Part shown: one piece after another, positions 47,815 to 59,259 of the stretch
Layout of the letters: each line of letters starts with the position of its first letter
How positions within the stretch are numbered: the first letter of the stretch is position 1
Origin: Paecilomyces variotii
Taxonomy: Eukaryota
Reading direction: 5' to 3' (one strand)
DNA length: 64,000 nt
NCBI GenBank assembly: GCA_004022145.1
Contig: RCNU01000006.1
Position numbers and translations under genes: made by a program
Notes under the pieces: generated by a model
What the model was told of the DNA's origin: nothing
The model's input: the letters and a program-made list of their open reading frames with translations, nothing else
Databases searched by the model: none

Positions 47815-49255
47815 ATGGCAGCGTCAAAGTTCAAAGTTTTGATCGCCGGTGGCAGCGTAGTCGGGCTGACACTTGCGTTGGCATTGGAAAAGGCGGGGAT
47901 CGACTGGGAATTATTCGAGAAAGGGGAAATTGCACCACAGCTGGGAGCTTCGTTCGGCCTCCATCCCCCATCGCTCCGCATCCTCGATCAACTCGGCGTA
48001 TGGGACGACTTAAAAAGGATTGTTGTTCCTTTGGAACATCGCCAGCATATGGATGGTAACAACAGATGCTTTGAGGATTCCCATGTCCTGAGAGATATCC
48101 ATAACATGTTTGTGTTCTCTTGAGATAATTTATCCTTAGGAAGCTATTAATGATCTCAGGCTCGGGCGGCCAATTGTCTTCGCCGAAAGATGCAAAGTCA
48201 TCCAGTTTATATACAACCACATCCAAAACAAAGATCGGGTCCACAGCTGCACGACTGTCGTGGGTTACGAGGAGACAGGAGACACTATCACAATAAGAAC
48301 AGATAAGGGCAGATTATGCCAAGGAAGCATCCTTATTGGAGCGGATGGAATCCACAGCCATATAAGAACAGTTATGGCAGAGAAAATAAGGCCTGCGAAT
48401 CCAGCTCTTGCTCAGGATCTACTTGAAGGTAGATCTGCCTCTTCAGACTTTTGCTCAAAACTGAACATGTGATGTATCTATACAGGCTTCACGAGCGAGT
48501 ACAACGCAATCTTTGCCATTTCTCACAATGGAAAGACGACGCCATTCATGCCTGACGGTACTGTTCATAATGTCTACTACGACTACTATTCAGCAGTCGC
48601 AGCTACAGGCGAACCTGGATCGATCTTTTGGTTTCTTTTCGTGAAGAGCTCCAAGACAAAATACCCTCGTTGTCCACGCTTTACCGAAACAGATGCGCAG
48701 GACTTGATCGATCGATACGGGGATTCCACAATCGGGCCCGGCTATACTGTTAGGGACCTGTGGGAAACAAGGGTGAAAGCAAGTCTTGTGCCGATGGAAG
48801 AAGGTGTCCTGAAGCAATGGAGAAACGGTCGAGTACTTCTCATGGGCGATAGTGTTCATAAGGTGAGTACTCTTCGTTGCAGAATGATGGACCATATCAT
48901 AACGACAACTTAGACGACCGTTAATGCCGGGCTGGGTGGCAATCTCGCCTATGAAGGAATCGCCCGCTTTACGAATCTCCTCGTCCCACTACTACAAAAG
49001 ACGCCCAATCCTTCCACCGCAGATATCACGGAGCTCTTCCTCGGATTTGAACGTCTTCATCGGCCACGAGCCGACTTGGTAGGAAAGATCTCTGGCCAAA
49101 TTACCCGATATGAAGCCCAGGATACTGTGTTGTTGAAGTTTGCATCACGTTATATAGCACCTTGGGTGAGTGATTGGACAAAAGCGAGCCTCTATGCTAG
49201 TTTTGCACAAGGGGCCCCATGGCTTGAATACCTCCCGCTACCATCTGAAGAGTGA
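47815..49255 (+). CDS. FAD-dependent monooxygenase (FAD_binding_3, secondary-metabolism type)
   Basis: Exons 47815-48107, 48160-48428, 48486-48862 and 48914-49255 are in frame. VLIAGGSVVGLTLA (Rossmann), LIGADGIHS (DG motif), VLLMGDSVHK|TTVNAGLGGNLAYE (GD motif). Confidence 0.92.
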
Positions 49256-49550
49256 CGAGGGCCCTCTGATTATCAGGAGTTATTAGTTACATCAAATGCT
49301 TTATCAACTTACGCCCTTTGATTGTTCTCCAGCCACAGCGCCAGACCAACTAGTCTAAATTTGGAGTCCTCGGGGGTATATCCCGCCGCCGAATTAGGTA
49401 GGTGCCCATACTTAGGTATTACTTACTTGTCTCCATCCATAAATTAGCCTGAACAACCATCAGAAGTCATCACCCTCAATCCTCTGTTCATCACCATCTT
49501 CTTCGTCGTATGGTTTTCACATTTTGGCGATCCACCGGTCTCAACACAGC

Positions 49551-50747
49551 ATGCCGTCGCAACGTGAACTCAATAGCAGCGATGAATCAGCTTACTCTGG
49601 AGCCTCGTCTATATCACGAGACACCAGAACTGCTCGACTCTACTTCGAGGCTACAGAGCTTGGGCTTATGCCGGAATCGGCGATTCTCAAACGATCGCTC
49701 AGTCTAACGTCCGTCATTTCGACAACCTCTTTCTTCAGCCGCCGGTTTCAAAGTGCGCGGTTTCGCTCCGAACTGCAAAAAATTAATCAAATCGGCAGTG
49801 GCCTGCAAGGAGCCGTTTTTGAAGTGGTCGGACAGGTCCTCGTTTTCAAGAAAGAAAATCCAGGCAATGAAACACTATCCTCAAATCTCCGGCACGAGTT
49901 TATAATCCACCGCGCTGTCTCGGCCGCATTTGATCAATATGGGCACGCGATTCACAGCCAGGTCCACGTCCCCAAACCTCACGAGTTCATCTCCAAAACA
50001 GAAAATCACACATTCTGGGATTGAGTCATTCCGAAAATGCCCCCGGCCTACCGCACACGCGGGGACGTCGTCAAAATGGAACGGATTCTTCCATTGCCAA
50101 AGGTCGTACGAAAAGCCCTCATAACTCATCTCTATGGTTGCGATCGAAATCTTGACACCACTGATATTGAGTCCCTTCTCAACGAGCCCAACAACAAGCA
50201 CTGCCTCGCCCGAGTCTATTTGGGCCAGATTATGGGTCCGATGAATCTTGACAACTCAGCCCCGCTCAGAAATTTCCCTCTCTACCTCGGGTTCATGGAG
50301 GAACTTGGCGTCGATACCGACACGCTTGCTAATGAAATGGGAAAGGCATATGCAATCTTACACTGGGGTGCCGGCATAAACGGCGATGATGTGGAATTCG
50401 TGCTTGGTACATCGGCCGTAGACGCGCCGAGGGCTCTTGTTGAGCCGCCGGACTTTCAGCACCGCGCCGTTGGGCTCTATCTCTTGGACTTCGGACAATG
50501 CGAGGTGGTCAACTTAACGCAGGATTGTGACGTCGTTTACCAGGCCTTTAGAGGGGCTATGGTAACGGGTGATAACCAGCGGTTCATCCCGCATTACTCG
50601 AGAAGCCCGAAATTGTTCGCGGCCTTTAGGAAGGGATACACTGATGCAGGTAATGCCATTCTACGGCAAAAGCAGCTCAGCGACAAGTTTAGTATGGTAG
50701 ACTTCATGCAGGAGTACGAGGAATACGCGCAGGATTTCCTGTATTAG
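49551..50747 (+). pseudogene. Kinase-like (DUF3669-type) gene interrupted by one in-frame TGA at 50022-50024
   Basis: The ORFs ending at 50024 and starting at 50037 share a frame: ...HTFWD*VIPKMPPAYRTRGDVVKMERILPLP. Motifs IGSGLQGAVFE, VFKKE, LHWGAGINGDDVEFVLG, LYLLDFGQC. No intron was found spanning the stop. Confidence 0.7.
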
Positions 50748-51457
50748 CTAATAATCACAATATCAGACAATACGGGCCCAGAACATTGTGTATGCTGATC
50801 ATGCAATGATCTCCAGACAAAATATGGATCTGACTAGTCTCCCGCATGCGAATTTATGTAATAGTCAATATGAGGAAGACACTTACGGGCGATGAAACTA
50901 TAACTAAAACTCTTTCATTCAAAAAATATTTAAATAAAGGCCATTAAAGAATAATGCACAACTTAGTTGAAGTAGATAGGACTGAAATTATTGCCCAACC
51001 AACAAACCCTTCTCCACCTAAGGTCTAGGCCCATGCATTTCCCATAGCTTAAATACCTCCCACTAATATCTGGAGATATTTCTCTAGCTTCATGATAGTT
51101 TGATATAATTTGTTTGCTGGTTTGTTTATAATGTAAATCTATAGTATCCTAGTTAGAGACTATGGCAATTCTAACCCATTTTAATTGGCCACTCCCAGTG
51201 TACTGCTGCAGATCTCGTAACACAATAAGGATAGTTAGTTTATTGTATAGATCAGTTGCTAAGACGCAGTACAGAACAGTGGCTCTGTAGGCTAGTTCTA
51301 TTAAGCCTGCGTTATACTATTCAGAGCCTTCCCAAAGGGCACTCTCCTTCACACCTTTTAACCATTATTTCTATAAGATGGCTTGGTAAAACCACTCGAG
51401 CCAGCAATCCTAATTGGACTAACTAGATCACCGACAAATCAGAAATATAATCAAATT

Positions 51458-54400
51458 TCACAATCTCCATTGATCGATCCACAGCCGCATCCAACTCTGT
51501 GAAACTGTTTGCAAGTCTCTTGCCACATTACTATCCTTCTTCAGACCTGCTACTTCGTACGAGCTTGTGGCTGTGTCCTCTCGACTGTCTTCGCTCTTCA
51601 ACAGAGATTTGAAAAAGTCAAGGAGTTTCACCGCTGGATTGTCCTCTGTGATATATCCGTGATTAAGTGCGGTGCTCTTCTCTAGTTCTCCTACCCATTC
51701 AGGTAACGGGATGACTTTTATTTTTGCCGGACCACCAAGGTGTTCTTGGACGGTGGGAAGTAAAGTAGACCACCCGGTAGGTCGGGGATTGACAAGATTA
51801 TAGACAGAAAGTGAAGCTGCGTTGTGTTCTCTGCCGTTCTGAGATGACAGCTCGGTAATGATGGACGCCATGAGATCCACAGGTATCCAATCGATTGTGT
51901 TCATGGTGCCCAATGAAGCCGGCAGGATTCCTAGATGTTTCGAACTGGCGATCAAACTAGGAAACCATTCGTGCTTGTTCCAGAACCCGGTCGTCGAAAG
52001 CACAGGGCCTGCAATCTGACCGACTCTCAGCACGGCATTTGCGACATTGCTAGATGCGCTGTAGGCCTCGACTAGTCTCTCCCCTATGTACTTTGACTCG
52101 CCGTAGCCTAGCTTCTCGGGACTTTCGAGGTCGTGTAGTATCAGTTCCGGGACAGGAGTGTTAGGATGCTTCTCGATCCAGTTGAGGACGGTGGAGATGC
52201 TAGAAATGAATATAAGAGGGGCCTGGTGTGAAGAGCGTGCGCTGAATTTAATCAGATTGACTACACCACCAATATGTGTTGTCTCGAATGAACTGAGTGT
52301 GTGGTTGAAGTCAACTTTCCAGCTGCAGTGGATGATAACGGTTACTTCAGACAGGAGCTGGTTGTATTTTTCGTCCCCTAGCCCAAGATCAGGTCTGGAT
52401 AGATCTGCGGTGAGAAACTCGGCTCTTCGTTTCTCTCCACCGTCCCAGGCTACAGGAAGCCCACGCGCGTTGTGGCTTGCCCTCTGACGCTTCTCGCCAT
52501 CTGCCGAACGGTTGAGACAGATGACCTTCGATGTATTAGGTGACTGTAACAGAGTCGTCAAGAGATAGCTTCCAAGGGAGCCAGTTGAACCTGTCAGAAG
52601 CACTGTTGAAGAGTCCGCCTTAGGTCTGTCCTCCACGTCTAACTTTGTTGGAAGTGCTGCTATATGCTTGTCGAGGACTTGCTGGATCCGAGTTGAGCGC
52701 TGGCTGCGATCGGCATGAGAGTCATTCGGAGAACCTTTTCCCTTGGTTACCAATTTCTTCAAAGCATGAGCAAGGTCAACTGCCGTGGGACTTGAGTAGA
52801 TAAACTGTGGATTGATGCTCTCCCAGTCAACTTCGACTTGTCGTGCCCTCAAAGTAGCTTTGACTTTTTGAACCGCAATAGCAACCTGCAGAGAGTCCAT
52901 TCCCAGGTCGAATACATCATCGGACTCCTGTAGCGAATGATTTTCTAAGGCTTGAGCATACAGCTTTTGCGCGAATGCTCTGATGGAATTCTCATTTGAC
53001 GGGTCATCCAATTCCAGACCATCTGTCAGAAGTCCCTCTTCTGCAGCCGTGTATAATTGATCCAAGACCTGCGAGAACTTCTTCACTGTGAACTGTCTCT
53101 GAATTGTCCCTTTCCCAGCTCTATTGAACTGTTCATTCTTCCTTGTCAGATAAATCAAAGACTTTGGCACTCGGGAAAAGCGCGGTGCGATCTTGTTTGC
53201 TTCTTCCACCGTCGGCCAAATGATATCGAGCAGCGCCTGACGATCCTCTTCCGTCTCAGCATTAAGTCCGTCCTGGACCTCTATCAGTAGTGAGGGCATA
53301 AATCGATATTCTCCCACAATAAGAGCGGCCTTCACCGCAGCATTGCTGCTTATGATACTCTCCAAAGGCACAGGGTTGATTTTCTCGCCATTCGAGAGAA
53401 CGATAAGATCGTCATTTCGTCCTTGATAACACATCCAGCCGTCTTCCCCCGACACTGGAGCATAGAGATCCCTTGATCGATATTCTGCCAGATGCGGGAA
53501 TGTCTGTGTGGTCCCGTGGAATTTGCAAAGTTCCGGCTTGTTGGGAATGATCAGCTCGAAGATGCCTTCTGAGACTTCTTCAAATCTGTACTCGGCTCCG
53601 GGGTGGAATCGAACGTATCGCCATTTGCTACTGTCTCCGGGAATGGTGAAAAACCAGCCATATTCCGTCGCTCCGATGACACTGTACAAATGCTTGAGTC
53701 TCGGTGCCAGGATGTTCCCCACGTGCTCTGGTAAAGGGCCACCACAATAGCCAACGTGTTCTAATTTCGATAGTGCTTCTATCCCAGCTGAAGGCTGTGA
53801 TAGTGCATCCAGCAGTGAAGGTGGCGAGACTAGCGAAGTGATTATATTCTGATTCAGTAGCGAGATAAGATATTCTACCGTCGGCGCAACATCTGGATGT
53901 GGCCACACTGCAGTGGCATGAAAATATGCTGCTAGTAGACAGACCGTGAACCCGCCAGCCTGTTTCTTAGTTAGTAAAAGGAATACCGATTCTGTAGAAA
54001 AGAAACAGTAAATAACAACGTACATGGAAGGGCGGCAGCAAACATAAATAGTTCTGACTAGACAGAGCATCTCTCATAGTGATCGGGCTACTATCGAAAG
54101 GAGGTAAATTCGGACCATCCAAAACAAGAAAATACTTCATGCTTGACCCGATCGGTTTCGGGTTCCCTGTCCGAAGTCAACGTCAGTATCTTTCACAAGA
54201 ACAATGATAAAACAAACCCGAAGATCCAGATGTATGAAAGTACACCACAGGCTCATCCGTCAAGGTCTCATAAGTCGTCGTATATTCAAAATGAGGAACC
54301 GGTTCTTCTCTCAGAAGATCCTCCAACGACGGGACTTGCTTGCGCTGTAGTCCTGGGATCGAAGAGAAGAGTCCCTGGAGACTCTTCTCGAGCGCACTGG

Positions 54401-54862
54401 CATAAAGTATCGTCTTACAGCCGATACGATCGAACAGCAACTGTTGCGCCTCGACAGTATTTCTCGGCGAGGGGACCAGTATCTACTATTTTATCAACTT
54501 TCGAACTTTCCATCTAGAGACACAGGGGGAATAAAATACAACCAACTAACCTTTCGACCAGTCTTGACAGCAGCGACAGCTAATATCAAATATTGTAAAT
54601 CGTTTGATCCCACATAGGCAAATATACCGCCCTCGCTGAGCAAAGGGCTGGGATTGTTTACTATCCACCATGATGCGCGGTTAATAGCATTCGCAAGACG
54701 CCGGTAGCTTATTTCCTCGAAACCGTCCTGCGCGTGAGGCGATTTTGCAATATAAGCAAAGGGGCGTGAATATCCCAACTGGGCCCTTTCGTCGATGATG
54801 TGAGGGAAGAGACGTTTCCCGTATTCTTGGGAATTCTCATGCTGCAGAGCGATCGAGCCCAT
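51458..54862 (-). CDS. NRPS-like enzyme / carboxylic-acid-reductase type (A-T-R)
   Basis: Four exons splice in frame. A domain: LVPSPRN, FHTSGSSG|NPKPI, GATEYG, YRSRDLY, GRNDDLIVLSNGEKINP, RAGKGTIQR. T domain: DVFDLGMDSLQ. R domain: VLLTGSTGSLGSY, GYGESKY, LRVGQIAG, DWIPVD. Confidence 0.95.
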
Positions 54863-55850
54863 CTTGGATAACCGTAAGAACGTCGGGGACTCTCACGACG
54901 AGAGTTAGTTTCATGAGCCGTGAAAAGAAGGGCGCGGTGATTCTTTTATGAGATTATAAATGAGGGGAAGGTCTCATAAAGCTGATGTCTCTGGGGACGT
55001 GCGAAACTGGAGGGCCTAATTCCCGCTACTAGTCTGTACTTATGCCATCTATCCCCAGGCCAGAACCGAGATAAACGCGGCTGAATCGTCTGTTTCTGGG
55101 GCGCCGATAGGAATATCCCTGCCATGTTGCAATCATCGATACGGCTAGATGCTTATTTGTTCCACTAAATCGTTGGACCGAGTCAAGTGGAATCGTGTCG
55201 GTATTATTTAGTGGTGTACTCTGCGGAGTAGAGTTGCGTGTCAGCATTTAGTGTTAGACATCTGGCCCATGCATGCGGGCTTCTTCCTTATCGAGACTAG
55301 AGGCTCCAATTGCCTGGTCGTGTCAGAAGTTGGAACGATGTAATTACTCCGCAGAGTAAGTCTTAGTTACTCGATCTAGTAAGGGAGCTTGTCATATGTT
55401 TTGAAAGGAGAAGGTTCATAGCACTCCAACCGCGATTCTCGTTGATTCAATGGGTACGAATGGGAACAGCGCTCTTGTTGCAATATGAGCTTGCTGTGCA
55501 GAGGGAGCAGTTTGGATTCTGCTCAATCAATATTGAATTCCGAGACGATTACAGAGCTGACTCAGAGTTTCATGCCCACCACTTACTGGTAAAGCTAGGT
55601 GAGGTGGTGACTAAATTGGTATACTTTCATTGCGACTGATTCCCAGAGGAGCAGACAGCGGGGCGCAAGGGTTAAGGCTGGTAATATAAGACTCGCGGAA
55701 GGTAAGCGAAGAAACTACTAATCCATTTCCACGTAACGGTAAATATTTTATTTTGTGCCTTTTATATCTAGATAAGGTCTCATCGGCGCGGTAGGGATAC
55801 TTATCGGTTCTTTCCGATAATATAAGATGTTTCCGTTTCCCGAAACGGGA

Positions 55851-58205
55851 TTACATACTATATAATGTTAGTGATGCGGGCGAAGGTAGATCAACAGAAA
55901 TAAGACGTACCGATCCACGGGGTTGAGACCAAGCAGTCTCATGGCATTGTGCAGGACCTGCCTGGCAGATTCGTAAAGAGCCATACGCGCCTTCTTCACC
56001 TCGGGCTCACTGCCAATGACCTTGAGGACGTCATAGCTCGAGCTCAGAGCGTGCGTCATGCGGAACAGGTAGGTCAGAACGGTGGTAGGCTCGAGAGTCT
56101 TGGCCGTGTTGAGTACCACGTCAGGCCATTGGGACAACAGACGGACCAAGTCCGTCGCGTGAGTCTCCGTAAGGAGTTCCATGTTGGCAGATTCCATCTC
56201 TTCATGGGTGATTTCCGACTTGCGAACAATCGAGCAGAGACGAGCGTGGGCATACTGGAGGTAGGGACCGGTGTCACCTTCGAACGAGGTCATGGCAGCC
56301 AGGTCGAAGTCATATCCGTTGATACTGTGGAACGTCAGTTAAGCTGTGCCAGTTATCCATACAGTCAAGTGTCATACCGCTTGCCCCTCATATCTTGCAC
56401 CATAACAGCGGTGATACCCAAGGTATCAGCAGTCTTCTCGGGATCCTCAACCTGAGCGTACTTGACTTCGTTCTTCTTCATGACTTCATGCATGAACTCG
56501 CCAACATCCTTCAGGATGTCATCCAAGAACTTGACGGTTCCCTTTCGGGTGCTCATACCACGGACCATACCGAAGTTGATGTGCTGGCAGCGGCTGGCAA
56601 GGTCCTTACGGCCCATCAGCTCTGTGACCTTGAAGAGCTGAGCAAGGTGAAGATCCTGCTGAGCAGCAACAACGTAGATCATCTTATCGAAGTGGTACTC
56701 CTCGTCACGCTCAAGGATGGCGCCAATATCACGGGTCAAGTAAAGAGGAGTGCCGTCCTTTCGAACAATGATAGCCTTTCCAAGCTTCTTGGCACCGTGT
56801 TTGGCAAAGTCAACAATCACAGCACCCTCGGATTGCTCAGAAACACCAGCCTGCTCCATCGTCTTATACGCGCGTTCCATGGTCTCACCCTTGATCTGAG
56901 ATTCACCGGAATAGACGTCAAAGTCGATGTTTAGACGAGCATACGTCTGCTTGTACTTCTGGATACTCAGATCACGGAATCGCTTCCACAGCGCGAGGGC
57001 AGCCTCGTCACCATCCTCCATGCTCTTGAAGTATCGACGCGCTTTCTCGTCCTCGCTGTTGTCGACGAGCTCCTGGAGTTGTTTCTCCAGCTCTGAGACA
57101 TCCTCACCCTTCTCCTTCTTGGTCTTGATCTGCTCCTTCAGCTCCTTGATAGGACCTTCCTCCTTGGCGACATCCTGGTTGACCTTCACGTAAACATCGA
57201 ACAGGTGGTTGATAGGATCCCTCTGCAGAGCCTCCTCGTTGCCGTATCGCTTGAATCCGTTGGCCAAAAGACCGTACTGCTTTCCCCAGTCACCCAGGTA
57301 GTTCATCTTGATGACGTCCCAACCAGTAACGGTGAACAGGTTGGCCAGGAAACCTCCGATAATGGTACTTCGGAGATGGCCAGCGTGGAAAGGCTTAGCA
57401 ATGTTGGGAGAGGAGAACTCGATGATGATTTTCTTCCTTCCCTTGGAGGCATCAGACGGGTCCCGCAGACCCTGGTTGCCGTTCGTACCGTAGGTGGCCT
57501 TGTTCTTCAGAATAGAGCTCAGGACATTGCTGGTCAAGGGTTGGGGCTTGAAGAAAAACTGCAGGTGTGTAGCGACGGGGGTCGGGGGATGGACGAGATC
57601 GGAGGGAGGAAACTTTTTGGCGAACTCTTCACATAGTTCTTGCGGCTTCTTTCCCTTGATCTGGAGAGAAGGAACCTGTAAACACAGTCACATTAGCATT
57701 TCCAGAATATCATATCAGATAGACAATCGAGTCTAATATATTAGACTATACTCACCGGAAGAACAAGGTCACCCTTGTCCAGAGTGTTTGTCCACTGCAA
57801 CCTGGGGTAGATCTTCTCGGGCTCAATGCCCGTCACCTCTCCCAACTTCTCCGCAATGTGAGCCCGATAGACATCGACAGGGTTCAGCGACGGGAAGCAG
57901 TCCGGGAATTTGGACTTCTCCGTGGTCGAGTGCAATGAGAGCGACTCAACGGAGACGGGCAGCTGCCCCTCAGCGGAAGTCATGGTTGCAAACGATCTAT
58001 GAACCTTGTGCACCTGCGCGCGCAGAAGAGCTGCGTTCCTGGTCGAAAGACGCCCGCGTTCGGAGGATCGAGACAACGGGGAAAATTGTCGCTGGTTCGT
58101 ACAGCTGAAGAGGGGGGAGCCGGTGAGGGTTGAACTAAAGACTCGACAGCGCTGTAAGATGGCGTCTGAAAATGGCCAGGCCCCGCTTAGCAGTTGGCGG
58201 CCCAT
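55851..58205 (-). CDS. Arginyl-tRNA synthetase; long form from ATG 58205 with putative mitochondrial presequence, short form from ATG 57983
   Basis: IIEFSSPNIAKPFHAGHLRSTIIG (HIGH-like), MNYLGDWGKQYG, GMSTRKG (KMSKS-like), FEGDTGPYLQYAHARL. Three introns; the last exon 55851-55857 completes ...PVDRM*. Confidence 0.96.
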
Positions 58206-58240
58206 AAACGGAGATCTCGAGCGATCGAGGGGAATTTTTT

Positions 58241-58247
58241 TGAGTCA
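58241..58247. promoter_or_regulatory. Putative Gcn4/CpcA response element (TGAGTCA/TGACTCA) upstream of arginyl-tRNA synthetase
   Basis: Perfect consensus 36 bp upstream of the first ATG. Aminoacyl-tRNA synthetase genes are typical cross-pathway-control targets. Confidence 0.5.
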
Positions 58248-58446
58248 ATCAAGAGAGCAATAATACTGCCCAGGGCGGTGAGGACATCCCGCCGCTTGGC
58301 TCGGATCACGTGAGGCTACCAGCCCTATCCGACACTTATTTCCCTTTTCGGGTTATAACAGCGCTAACTTCAATAAGTATGAGCCCTATTTAGTCTATTA
58401 AATTAATTTTTTTTTTATTAGAAACTATCTATATCTTTAGAAGATA

Positions 58447-59059
58447 TTAAAAGAGATATTTTCTTAGTAGATCACTGAAGACCAGGCGTGACAGCTCTTC
58501 ATCCTGATCTTCGTTCGATTCTGTGGATAAGTCTGACTCCGGGCTTGGATCGCGCTCATGTGCGATCGTGCCCTCAACGTGAGCAGGCCTTGTAGTCATG
58601 AGTGTTGCTAGATCAGCGAACAAGCCGACAAAACGGTTGTGTGCGAAGTCAGATGCGACCAGGTACCAATCCTTCAGAGTGTCCTCAGAGGCTTTCATTA
58701 TTTCAGTTCTTAGTTCCGTGAAAACTAGGAAATATGGTCAGCAGCATACCGGCAGCAATACTTCGTACCTGGGTCGTCAGACCCCGGGAGAAACTCGCCG
58801 GGGAAAACTCGTTCCGGCGACACTGGCTCAATGAGTTGTACTCGTAGAGCCTTGAGGTGTATTTGCCCCCACCTGGATCCCGACACATAGAAGTCTTTCG
58901 CGGTCAGATCGGAGGGTGCGCTGGGGAGGTCGGAAAGGCTTCCGTTCGAGCGGCTCTCAGCAATCTCTGAGATTGTGGGAACGAAATGCATTTTGCGATG
59001 GCTCTGTCAGATGTATTTAGAAGACAATATCAAGGACAGTCTCCGTGAGAATATACCAT
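58447..59059 (-). pseudogene. Truncated paralog of the 59260-60273 gene (N-terminal half only)
   Basis: SRWGQIHLKALRVQLIEPVSPERVFPGEFLPGSDDP|VFTELRTE with a phase-1 intron at 58725-58768. Ends at a TAA entering an AT/TpA-rich tract with more stops. The start is uncertain (ATG 59059 micro-exon or ATG 58991). Confidence 0.55.
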
Positions 59060-59259
59060 TGAAATCCCAGATGTTGGCTAGCACGGACCGAGAGATCGCA
59101 GAAGGCCAATGGGAGGAACGAACAACGGATGGCTGCAATTTATAAGACATCCCTGTTGCGACGGAAGGAGCATCCGGCAAAAAGTTATAGGGTTATCAGG
59201 GTGTCTGAAGGATTCTCCACGAATCGCAATTTGGCAAGGAGCGGTGTTATGTTAAATAT

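Noticed and set aside
50022..50024. Selenocysteine recoding of the in-frame TGA
   Set aside because: Ascomycetes are not known to have Sec machinery, there is no redox motif, and no SECIS-like element was recognised.
55949..57636. Several 140-180 aa plus-strand ORFs
   Set aside because: Antisense to arginyl-tRNA synthetase; explained by codon bias of a highly expressed gene.
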